Origin: the human T2T-CHM13v2.0 reference genome, Homo sapiens
Direction: 5' to 3' (one strand)
Assembly (NCBI RefSeq): GCF_009914755.1
Contig: NC_060936.1
DNA length: 64,000 nucleotides
Below, one piece after another: positions 1 through 20,922 of the stretch. The translations under genes and the position numbers were made by a program. Under the pieces are notes generated by a model. That model saw only the letters and a list, made by a program, of their open reading frames with translations, was not told the origin of the DNA and searched no databases. The stretch's first letter is position 1. Each line of letters starts with the position of its first letter.

Positions 1-5723
<5,723 letters not shown>

Positions 5724-6453
5724 CCTTTAAAGTAGACTGCAAAACCAAGGACCATCAAAAAGAACAGAAGACAAAGATATTAGCAAAATAAGTGATGAGG
5801 TTTTTAAGTTTGCAGACCAGAAAAAATAAAATGCTACCACTGGCTGAAGATGATTTAAGATGGCATCCTCTACAAAAGAAAGAAAACAGGAATGGCTGAA
5901 AAAAGGGGGAGCAAGTACAAGCAACAAAAACAGAACCTAAGCCACAGGTTAGGACAACGGACCTAAGCCACAGCCCCAGGTGGTGAGAAACAAGCTAAAG
6001 AGAAACCTACACAGCCAAAAAGGTTGCCTTAAAATTAGAGAGCCAAGATACCTCTTCAGCCTCAGTATAGGCAAACCAATTTCAATGGTTTCATTACCAA
6101 GGCTCTTGGTGTCATGGCAAACAGCATTATGCAACTCTGGCGCATCGCAAGCTTTACTGCATTACCAATATAGCTAAAGAGTCAAGTGGCTAAGGGCAAA
6201 TGTTGACAGGGTATTTATGTGGGCACACTGGCAATTTAAGTCACGATGTAGGAACTTACTACTTAAACTTTCATTTGTTCACAAAAATCTTTAGTAGAGG
6301 CGATCCACATAACAGACCAACTATATATATTGCCAAGGACTTCGGAGTTTAATTATCATAAGAGTTCTTGAGTGAAGGCAAAAATCAGACTTTTGGTGTT
6401 GCTTTTTCTTACAATGTCAAACACATCTGCATTTCTTACTATGGGTTGGACAC

Positions 6454-9152
<2,699 letters not shown>

Positions 9153-9429
9153 AGAATAGTCTTTTTAACAGATGGTGCTGGGACAACTAATACCTACATA
9201 CGGAAGAATGAATCTGAACTTACACAGTAAAAATGGTTATAAGTGTATGGTTATGTGTCAATTAGAAATAAAAAATTAATATAAAGAATGAATTTGAACC
9301 CCACCTTATGCTATATTAAATAACTGCTCAAAATGGGCTGAGCACCAAGTCACTCTCCTATGACCTTTTTTAATTTTTTAATAACAATTTGTTTCACTTA
9401 AAAAAAATCAAATGTTATTCTCATAATAT

Positions 9430-9529
9430 TGTTATAGGAAAGGGGTCCCGATCCAGACCCCCAGAGAGGGCTCTTGGATCTTGCACAAGAAAGAATTCAG
9501 GGCGAGTCCGCAGTGCAAGGTGAAAGCAA
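9430..9529 (-). mobile_element. 3'-terminal ~100 bp of a MER41-like ERV1 LTR, embedded in an Alu (9336-9780)
   Basis: tgttataggaaaggggtcccgatccagacccc...aagaattcagggcgagtcc resembles the reverse complement of the MER41 3' end (recognised from memory). Confidence 0.7.
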
Positions 9530-10881
9530 TTTTTCACTTTGGGAGGCTGAGGTGGGCGTGTCACTTGAGTCCAAGTGTTTGAGACCAGCCTGGGCAACAT
9601 GGCGAAATTCTGTCTCTACAAAAAAATACAAAAGTTATTAATAGCAAGGTGTGGTGGTGCACACCTGTAGTACCAGCTACTCATTTGAGCCCAGGAGGCT
9701 GAGGCTGCTGTGAGCCAAGATTGCACCACTGCCCTCCAGCCTAAGCAAAAGAGCGAGATTCTGTGTCAAAAGAAAAAAAAAGTTGCTCCAAATGGATCAC
9801 ACCTCTAAATGTAATTCTTAAAAAAACCCAGAAGAGTAATAAACCTTAATGATTGATGAAACAGTATTTTCTTAGATACGACACCAAAAGCTTACTTCAA
9901 AATCAGATAAATTGGACTTCATCAAAATTAAAAATTTTTGTGCTTCAAGGGATGAAAAAGTAAAAAGACAACCAACAGAACAGGAGAAAACATTTGCAAA
10001 CCATGTATCTAACAGGGACTTGTACACACAATATATAAAGAACTCCCACAACCCAATAATAAAAAGACAACTCAATTTTTAAAATGGGTAAAGATTTGAA
10101 CAGACATCAATCCAAAGAAGATATATAAATGGCCAATAAACACAAAAGATGTTCAACATCATTAGCCATGAAAGAACTGCACATTAAAGCCACAATGAGG
10201 TTAACACTTCACACCCACAAGGATGACTATAATCAAAAAAGACAAGACAATAAGTGTTAGCAAGGATGTGGAGAAACAGAAACCCTCATACCCTGCTGGT
10301 GGGAATGTAAAATAGTGTAGATATCTTGGCAAATAGCTTGGTAGTTCCTCAAAAGGTTAAACACAGTTGCCATATGACCCAGCAATTCAACTCCTAGGTA
10401 GGTACACAAAAGAAATGAAAAGATAGGACGAGAAAAAAACTGCACACTCATGTTTGTGGCAGTGTTATTCAGAATAGTCAAACAGTGAGAACACCACAAA
10501 TAGCTACAAACTGATTAATGGATAAACAAAATGTGGTATTATCCACATCAAGGAATATTAGTCAGTCACAAAAAGAAATGAAGTACTGAAACATGCTCCA
10601 ACATGGATGAACTTTTATAACACTACTCTGAGTGAAAGAAGCCAGTCATAAAAGCCACATATTTTATTATTCCATTTGTATGAAATGGAATTTGCCCCAA
10701 ATAAGCCCATCCATAGAGACAGAAAGTAGATTAACGGTTGCTTAGGGTTGGGAGTAGGGGAAAGAGAAGGGCTGGAGGCAAATGTGGAACGACTGCTAAA
10801 CTGGGCACGGGGTTTCTTTTGGGGGTGAAGAGTATGTTTTAAAATCAACTGAGAAGACGGTTGTACAACATTGTGAATATT

Positions 10882-11001
10882 TTAAAAACCACTGATTTAT
10901 ACACTTTAAATGGTTGATTTATATATGTAAATTATATCTCATTAAAAACCACTGATTTATACACTTTAAACGGTTTATTTATATATGTAAATTATATCTC
11001 A
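10882..11001 (+). repeat. 60-bp tandem duplication (2 copies, 58/60 identical)
   Basis: ttaaaaaccactgatttatacactttaaa[t/c]ggtt[g/t]atttatatatgtaaattatatctca twice. Confidence 0.95.
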
Positions 11002-11178
11002 ATAAAGCTGTTATAAAAACATGCTAATTCACATGCTTCAAAGTAGAAATGTTTTTTCTTCATGAGATATTAAATTCAATCCAAGTGTAGTATAAGAGGA
11101 GACTGAATGATGTTAAAAAAAATAATGCTGAGGAAAAAATTCAAATGGGGAAGAATACCTACAGCAAGACATCATTGT

Positions 11179-12729
11179 CCCTCTCCCTCTCCCCCCCTCC
11201 CCCTCCCCCTCCTTCTCCTTCTCCCCACGGTCTCCCTCTCCCTCTCTTTCCACGGTCTCCCTCTGATGCCGAGCCGAAGCTAGACTGTACTGCTGCCATC
11301 TCGGCTCACTGCAACCTCCCTGCCTGATTCTCCTGCCTCAGCCTGCCTAGTGCCTGTGATTGCAGGCCCGCGCCGCCACGCCTGACTGGTTTTCGTATTT
11401 TTTTGGTGGAGACGGGGTTTCGCTGTGTTGGCCGGGCTGGTCTCCAGCTCCTAACCGCGAGTGATCTGCCAGCCTCGGCCTCCCGAGGTGCCGGGATTGC
11501 AGACGGAGTCTCGTTCACTCAGTGCTCAATGGTGCCCAGGCTGGAGTGCAGTGGCGTGATCTCGGCTCGCTACAACCTCCACCTCCCAGCCACCTGCCTT
11601 GGCCTCCCAAAGTGCCGAGATTGCAGCCTCTGCCCGGCCGCCACCCCGTCTGGGAAGTGAGGAGCGTCTCTGCCTGGCCACCCATCGTCTGGGATGTGAG
11701 GAGCCCCTCTGCCCGGCTGCCCAGTCTGGGAAGTGAGGAGCACCTCTTCCCGGCCGCCATCCCGTCTAGGAAGTGAGGAGCGTCTCTGCCCGGCCACCCG
11801 TCGTCTGAGATGTGGGGAGCGCCTCTGCCCCGCTGCCCCGTCTGGGATGTGAGGAGCGCCTCTGCCCGGCCGCGACCCCGTCTGGGAGGTGAGGAGCGTC
11901 TCTGCCTGGCCGCCCCGTCTGAGAAGTGAGGAGCCCCTCTGCCCGGCAGCCGCCCCGTCTGAGAAGTGAGAAGCCCCTCCGCCTGGCAGCCACCCCGTCT
12001 GGGAAGTGAGGAGCATCTCCACCCGGCAGCCAACCCGTCCGGGAGGGAGGTGGGGGTCAGCCCCCGCCCGGCCAGCCGCCCCATCCGGGAGGGAGGTGGG
12101 GGGTCAGCCCCCGCCCAGCCAGCCGCCCCGTCCGGGAGGTGGGGGGCACCTCTGCCCGGCCGCCCCTTCTGGGAAGTGAGGAGCCCCTCTGCCCGGCCAC
12201 CACCCCGTCTGGGAGGTGTACCCAACAGCTTATTGAGAACGGGCCATGATGACAATGGCGGCTTTGTGGAATAGAAAAGGGGGAAAGGTGGGGAAAAGAT
12301 TGAGAAATCGGATGGTTGCTGCGTCTGTGGAGAAAGAAGTAGACATGGTAGACTTTTCATTTTGTTCTGTACTAAGAAAGATTCTTCTGCCTTGGGATCC
12401 TGTTGATCTATGACCTTACCCCCAACCCTGTGCTCTCTGAAACATGTGCTGTGTCACTCAGGGTTAAATGGATTAAGGGCGGTGCAAGATGTGCTTTGTT
12501 AAACAGATGCTTGAAGGCAGCATGCTCGTTAAGAGTCATCACCACTCCCTAATCTCAAGTACCCAGGGACACAAACACTGCGGAAGGCCGCAGGGTCCTC
12601 TGCCTAGGAAAACCAGAGACCTTTGTTCACTTTTTATCTGCTGACCTTCCCTCCACTATTGTCCTATGACCCTGCCAAATCCCCCTCTGCGAGAAACACC
12701 CAAGAATGATCAATTAAAAAAAAAAAAAA
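11179..12729 (+). mobile_element. Full-length SVA retrotransposon (probably SVA_D), antisense to ATXN2, in intron 14
   Basis: (CCCTCT)n-like head, Alu-like domain, GC-rich VNTR (~11620-12215), SINE-R, poly(A) tail after attaaa. Confidence 0.96.
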
Positions 12730-12976
12730 GACTTTATAGCAAATTTAAGATTATGCAAAATATCATCTATTGCTCACAGATATATTCATATGCAGTATAA
12801 ATATAAAGAACTGCACAGAAAAGAAACCCTTCCTTTTGGAAGGAAACAGGGGGAAGCAGCTGAGGAGGGGCAGATACATAAGAGGAGTTTAACTGTGTTA
12901 GAATGCTTTATTTACTAAGCTGGGTAGTGGGCACATGATCATATTCAATATTCTTTGTATCATTTGTATGTGTTAA

Positions 12977-13165
<189 letters not shown>

Positions 13166-14107
13166 TAGCTAATTTTTCTATTTTTGGTCAAGACAGGGTT
13201 TCACCATGTTGACCAGGCTGGTCTCGAACTCCTGACCTTAGGTGATCTGCCCACCTCGGCCTCCCAAAGTGCTAGGATTACAGGTGTGAGCCACCGTGCC
13301 CGCCAACAAATGAAAACTTAGGTTAACAACTGTTAATAGCATTAAAGCTGAATAGATACATGTGCTAAAGTATGAAATAATAAGTAGTATTTTGAATGTT
13401 ACCAATAAGTCAAGAATGAAGCTATTGTTAACATTTAGAAAGCTAAAACACAGGCTGAGGAAAGGCTACCTTTGCCTTTGGTTCACTCATCCTTTAATTC
13501 AGCTACTTTTTTTAAAAGGCTGGTATTTAGATTTTCCTTTCTAAGAAGCTAAGTTTCAAGAAGATTTATTGGTTGGTCTCAAAATCTACCTCGATACCTA
13601 TAGTAAATAACATGCAAAAGAATGAAATGACAATCAAGGAGAGATGTTAAGTAAAGCCTGTGCTAAGACAGAGAAATAATGTTACAGAAAGATTTTGACC
13701 ACAATATATTTGTGTACAAAGTATAAATCTCCAACTACCTCAGAACACCAGAGTCCAGTACATCTTCCATTTGCCACACTAGATTATTAATGACTTGGCC
13801 TTGCTCTACTAATATCTAGCTTCACTGAACAAAGTACAAATGACCATCAAATAGTAAGCTGTGCTATGGTGGTTTCAAATGTCAGGGCTATACTCTCATT
13901 TGATACCTACATATTGTTGTTACCAAATCTCATGATTTTAGTTATCCCACTTAAAGGATAGGCAAAGACCACTTTAAAAATGTTCTGCTTTCTACATATA
14001 TGGTTTGATGTTTCTGACTGTATACATAACGCATTTTTATAAATAGATAAATCTTTAGTAATGCTTATTTTCTAAAACTCAAATTCATCAGTTAGTACAA
14101 TACTTAC

Positions 14108-14178
14108 CCTAAAATCATTCTTAAATTTCTTTAAATCATCAATCTGTTTTCTATGTTCAGAAACAACTGGTGATATAC
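14108..14178 (-). CDS. ATXN2: Ataxin-2 exon 14 (71 nt; GISPVVSEHRKQIDDLKKFKNDFR)
   Basis: ttacag|GTATAT...TTTAGG|gtaagt; phase 1-0. Confidence 0.96.
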
Positions 14179-14449
14179 CTGTAAAATTAAGAACTGTTAA
14201 GACACAGGTTTATTTTTAAACTTTAACATCACATTCTTTTTAGTATGAGATGATAGAAATTAGAATAAGATATAAGATCAGAAAATAATTTCAAATATTA
14301 AATTTGGATTTTGGAATTTGTCAAGCAATACATTTATCTATCACAATAGTAAGAAGAAATGTTGAACAAAAATATTCTGTATGGGCATGAAATTAGACAT
14401 ACTTCTTCCTATTCCTACAGTTAAGCTTAATGACTCTTTAAACTCTAAC

Positions 14450-14557
14450 CTTTGTTTTCAGCTTTTGAGAAGCTAGGTGATGTTTCATTGGGTTTAATAT
14501 TTTCTTTATTCCCTGCAGGAGAGTTCTGCCTCTGATCTTGAAGCCTGGAATCTTTAG
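14450..14557 (-). CDS. ATXN2: Ataxin-2 exon 13 (108 nt; AKDSRLQDQRQNSP...KAENK)
   Basis: ttctag|CTAAAG...ACAAAG|gttaga; phase 1-1. Confidence 0.96.
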
Positions 14558-14943
14558 CTAGAAAACAATTTTTTAAAAAAAATTCAGATAAGTTAGAAAA
14601 GCAAAACAAGAAAACACTGAACAATAATTTTGATTTCCTATGTTTTTGGAAAATAATGCTTTCATTTAAACAGAGGCTTTTTTTCCTTTGCAGATGTCAT
14701 ATGAAACACCAATAATTTTATTTATGTAGGTATTTGACACCCAGGAATGTTAACCTTTGTAACACAGACACTATATTAAATTAGTAGTATTAAACAACAT
14801 CAAAATTTACATAAACTTTTAAATGTGCACTAAAAATACTTGTCTATGAATAAAAATAACCTAGAATTTTTTCATATAATATCACCCTCTAACATTCAAT
14901 TTCACAGCTGAGATTATGGATCCAGAAGCCCTTTGTTACATAC

Positions 14944-15141
14944 CCTCACTAGAAGGGGTAACAGCTCTGTTCGATGCAGGACTAGCAGGCGTAGGAGATG
15001 CAGCTGGAATAGGCATGGCAACAGCTTCAGTTGGAATAATACCAGCTTGGGGAGAAGCAAGAACTGGCCCACTGGGGGTATTTCCAATACTGTTCTGTCT
15101 GGGAGACCTGGGTCTATGAGTTTTAGGGGATAATCTTGGAA
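14944..15141 (-). CDS. ATXN2: Ataxin-2 exon 12 (198 nt; VPRLSPKTHRPRSPR...AVTPSSE)
   Basis: ttctag|TTCCAA...GTGAGG|gtatgt; phase 1-1. Confidence 0.96.
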
Positions 15142-15426
15142 CTAGAAGAAAGGGAAAATGTATTTATTACATTCTCAGTTCAAATGTTACTTCCTAAAAG
15201 AGGCTTCAGGCTTCTCTGAAGATCTAGGTAAATAAAACTGTCCTCTCTAGCCCTTACCCTTTATCCCATTACTGTTTTCTTTTCCAAAATGTTAGGAATT
15301 TGCTGGCAATCAAAACCACAAGTATATGAAGAACAGCAGCAATTACTAACATAAGTATGATTTTCTCTCCTAACTAAATGTATCAAGTGATTCTCCTGCC
15401 TCAGCCTCTGGAGTAGCTGGGATTAA

Positions 15427-15627
<201 letters not shown>

Positions 15628-16009
15628 TAATTAAGGAAACTTGAGACCCAAGTTAGTCAAAAGGGGAAGATAATAAAAGCAGGGTTTGTATCCCATATGA
15701 CTTCCAAGTATATATCTAATAGGTTTCATATACCATTATAAACCTAACTGCAGAGCTCAGATTCAAAGGTTTAGAGAAAATGGTTCGATTATTTCATTTC
15801 AGTGTTTTTTTTTTTTTAAGTCACAAGGGTCACGGAAGAAAACTATTATTCAACAACTGCCATTTTTCCAATTAGTAAAAAGAGAAAATCTATAATGCTA
15901 TTCTGAGTGTATCTCCAAAACTATGCTTATACTCTCTCACTTCTAATCATGTTATTCTCAAAATTTATTTCCAGACCATCTAAGTAATGTCAAAAGATTA
16001 ACAGAATAG

Positions 16010-16243
<234 letters not shown>

Positions 16244-16548
16244 TGAACTCCTGACCTCGTGATCCACCCGCCTCAGCCTCCCCAAGTGCTGGGATTACAG
16301 CCGTGAGCCACTGCGCCTGACCGGCTGAAGAAGATTTTTAAAATTTTTGTTTTCTTGGTAGTCTTAAGATAATTGAAGACCAAGGAAGAAAATAAAAAGT
16401 ACAAAGGAATTTAGGATACAATTACATGAATGTGCATCACATGAAGCTGAGCAGAAATGTATAGCAACTAAAAACAGATTTAACACAGCTGAGTTTTGTT
16501 TTTGTTTCCTTAAGCTTGAAGATCTTGTTTCTTTTTTCTTTTTTTTGA

Positions 16549-16843
<295 letters not shown>

Positions 16844-17008
16844 TAAAAGAGAAAAAGTGTTTTTTTTGTTTGTTTGTTTGTTTGTTTTAAGTATTCTTTG
16901 TAAGCTCTTGCTTACCACAGTTATGGGAACAAAGCACTAAGGACTGATTGGCAAAGTAGCAAAAGCAGTCAGCCTTATTGTAAAATCATGTCAACGTCTA
17001 GTTTTTAA

Positions 17009-17251
<243 letters not shown>

Positions 17252-17915
17252 TGATCCGCCCACCTCAGCCTCCCAAAGTGCTGGGATTACAGGCGTGAGC
17301 CACCACACCCAGCCTAATTTTTATACTTTTATAGCTGCTGTCAGCATATTCCTTATGCTAATCACAAATAAAACTTGGACCCTTTATTTGTATTTGATAT
17401 TCCTTATTATGGAAATATAGTTGGGAATTAGTGCCATATACAGATGCTATAGAAACACACTACAATGTAAGCCAAAAATAAATGTTTATAGAATGTACTG
17501 ATAAACAAAGCTGCTAAAAAGATAAGGAAATACGGTCCCTCCAAATAGTGTTACATACTGTGTTTGCCTCATATTAGAGAGGTACTTTACAAAACTTTAT
17601 AGTTTTACAATATATCTGTATTTATGAACCTTATAGGAATCTCATCACAATCCCATAATGTAGACTAGGCAAGAATTATTAACACTTTACTCACTGCGAA
17701 ATCTCAACTTCAGAATGAGTGTCTGACTTGCTTTAATATATGATGAATAAGTGGTAGAGCCCAGAATAAAAATATGGGTTTCCCAATTCCTGGTGATTCT
17801 ACTATTTTTAACATATACATACTTACACTTCCTCAAACAGAGTTGTAGCTCAGCCCTCTTTATATCTAGTGTAATGACAAAATGAGTACCATCATTATGC
17901 CCAAGTGTTACCTAC

Positions 17916-18098
17916 CCCCACTGACCACTGATGACCACGTTCCCCCCGAGGGACTGGTCCTTGCTACTGGAGGAGTAGCTGCTTCACTGGGTGGGTTGTG
18001 GGATACAAATTCTAGGCCACTGGATATGGAACCCCTCCCAGCAGAAACTCTGTGATTTCGAGGATGTCGCTGGGCCTTTGGGGACATCCTTGGAGGCC
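17916..18098 (-). CDS. ATXN2: Ataxin-2 exon 11 (183 nt; GPPRMSPKAQRHPR...WSSVVSG)
   Basis: ccttag|GGCCTC...GTGGGG|gtaggt; in ORF 17908..18123(-). Confidence 0.96.
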
Positions 18099-18165
18099 CT
18101 AAGGAAGAAACAGTGAACATCACATAAATTCCATGATATTCATCAGTACTACTTTTCTGCTAAAT

Positions 18166-18203
18166 ACACCCATTCACACACACATGCACACACACTCACT
18201 CAC
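18166..18203 (-). promoter_or_regulatory. UG-rich tract with embedded UGCAUG upstream of exon 11 (candidate TDP-43/RBFOX site)
   Basis: Pre-mRNA reads gugagugagugugugugcaugugugugugaaugggugu. Confidence 0.55.
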
Positions 18204-19075
18204 TCTACAGTTTTTCCTTGGTTAAAAATAGAAAAAAAAAAAACACCATACATATTTTTTTGGCCATACTAATTCTTTCAGAATTATTTTGTGGAATGCC
18301 ACAAAGTTTTATAAATAAATTTTATTATTTCCCTTTATTTTTAAAGAAAGGGAGGGATGAAGTTGGTGGTAAGAAATCAACAATAAGATGTCAACTCTTA
18401 AAAGAACTGTAGCAATCTGTTTCAACTATGTCTTATTTGTAAAGAAATATGTTACTAGAAATTATGACTACATGATAAAATATTTTTAACTTTCCATATA
18501 TTTTACCTTTCCCTGACCCGAATTTTCTACATTACTTCTAAAATTAGAAAAAAAAAATTTAAACAGAAGACTATTAATCCCTATACACCCCGATACCACT
18601 AAAACATATGTACATACCCTTCTTAAATTTCTCTAAAATTTTAGTTTATTTATCTCTTCTATCATGATCATCAATTTTAAAACTCGGCTTAAAACAGTAA
18701 GCAGTAACCTGTAAGCAGTTTCTTAGGCTTAGCAGGCTGTGAGCTGAAAATTCTATTAAAGGGATGACTTGTATTAGTCTATTAATAGATGACCAAAATA
18801 ACTGACATTTGGGGGAGAAATCAGCACTATATGAATTGTCAAAATTCTACATTATTGATTCTGCCATGCCACTAGTGACTACTCTTTCTAAATCAGTCTA
18901 CTGTGCATTAGACCAATCTATCAGGTAAAAGAGTGGACAGAATGGCCCTCATCAGAGAAGCCTACTGGTGTTAACACCAAGCGAAAACTTCCCTAATGTC
19001 AAAGCCAAATCTCCTCACTCTCTCACCCGGCTGCCAAACTCTTTAGAACTTCAAATTAATATATGTTGCCAATAG

Positions 19076-19225
<150 letters not shown>

Positions 19226-20712
19226 TAGTAGAGACGAGGTTTCACCATGTTGGCCAGGCTGGTCTCAAACTCCTGACCTCAAGTGATCCACCTGCCTCAG
19301 CCTCCCAAAGTGCTGAGATTACAGGCGTTAGCCACCATGCCTGGCTTCCAACAGGAATTTAAACACGAACATGATCTTTAGAAGAATGCTAATGTTATAC
19401 ACTATAATTTTCAAATGGAAATATTCAACATCTCTGAATGACACAGAAAGTATATTTCTGTGTGAAGTTAATACATGAGCAGTCCTTAAATCTTAATGTA
19501 ATAAAGATGTTCACAGTCATTAATGATCATGTTTTATTTAATATATTCTCATTAAATAAACATCGCTTACTCAAATGATGGACTACAAGAAAAATATCAA
19601 CAGAATTTTGCATTTAGTGACCACTATTAAGGCCCTTTTGAGCAAAGAAGTCACCTTGAAAATCAGTGGAACTTGCTCTTCAAGGTTAGATGCTTCAGTC
19701 AAAGTCATATGACCTGCCTGCTTAGATGGTAACAATTTATTTAAAAGTAGCCAATACAGTTTTCTCCAGGGAAGCAGGAGAAACACATTTTGTGCGGAAA
19801 ACTTTATTAGTCCCAACATAAGCAATATTAACTAATTTTAATGAACAAATCAGATTAAAATTTTAACACAAATATTCAGAACTAGTATCAAAAGGACATT
19901 ATGATTCAGAAAACAGGTTTTTAATATATGGGTGGCATTTAAATTAGAATGTTACCTTTCTACAACATATCCCTGTATTTGATATGTGGCAATGATGGAT
20001 TTAGCGCCAAATACTGAATAAGAATTACAAGATTTTATTCTTATTTTTGACGAGGAAAGAAATAGCTAAATATTCAAATTCATATGTCGTTTTTATCAAT
20101 TTTATCTCAGATCAAGGACTTCTTCCAGATTAAAGCAGCCTTTCACTATGTAAGATTGCAAAGCTAACTTTAAAAAAATTACTCAGTTAAATTTAGAATT
20201 CTTCTGGCATTCTAAAAATCAACTACTTTAATCTAAGGGCAGACACGCAAAGTCAGCTACATGGGCTGTCGCTCTCAAAAAAGACCCAGAAAACACCATC
20301 CCTGCTTATGGCCAATAGGAAGGTTCACTAGGACCTTGGCCAAAGAGCTGTAAAATGAACCTAAGTTCAAGACTGGCTGAAGAAAGTTCATTTGTTTAAC
20401 TACTGTATACAGTGCAAATAAGGAGGGGGAAGGCTGTGGGGCAGACCCTTCTGGGGCTGTAAAGAAGCATAATTATCAGGCAGAGATAAACCCCCTTTTT
20501 AACAACAATTCAAGAGAGTTTATAGCTTCACACATTTATCAAATTTCTCTCTAATGAACAAAAGGTTAATAGAAATAGTTTTAATAAACTAAAGTTAAAA
20601 CACAGAAATTATAGGTTATTAAATAATGAAGAGGAAACTATTTTGTAATTATAAACTCACATAGGAGTTAAACAAAGACAAACAAAAACATGAACAAATT
20701 GTGGTATTGTAC

Positions 20713-20922
20713 CTTCTGAAGACATGCGTTTAGGCATAGTAGAGACAGGAGCTGGAGAACCATGAGCAGAGGGGTGAGACGGGGGTCTGGATGGCCGCGA
20801 GGGGGGCCTGGAGGGCGGCCGTGTAGGGGTGGCTGCCCGAGGTGGAAGAGAGTTGGGACCTGACTGGTAGCGAGAAGGTGGGCGAGAGGAAGGAGATGGG
20901 CAAGGCGATGGCCAGGGAACAC
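20713..20922 (-). CDS. ATXN2: Ataxin-2 exon 10 (210 nt; GVPWPSPCPSP...RPPSRPPSRP...PKRMSSE), Pro-rich cassette exon
   Basis: tgtcag|GTGTTC...CAGAAG|gtacaa; in ORF 20657..21097(-); phase 1-1. Confidence 0.97.

Noticed and set aside
11515-12360. 281-aa minus-strand ORF and neighbouring ORFs
   Set aside because: Entirely within the SVA VNTR/Alu-like region; repeating LLTSQTG peptides are a known SVA translation artefact
14916-15133. Plus-strand ORFs overlapping exon 12 (similar cases at exons 6, 8 and 9)
   Set aside because: Antisense shadows of ATXN2 coding exons with no independent gene signals
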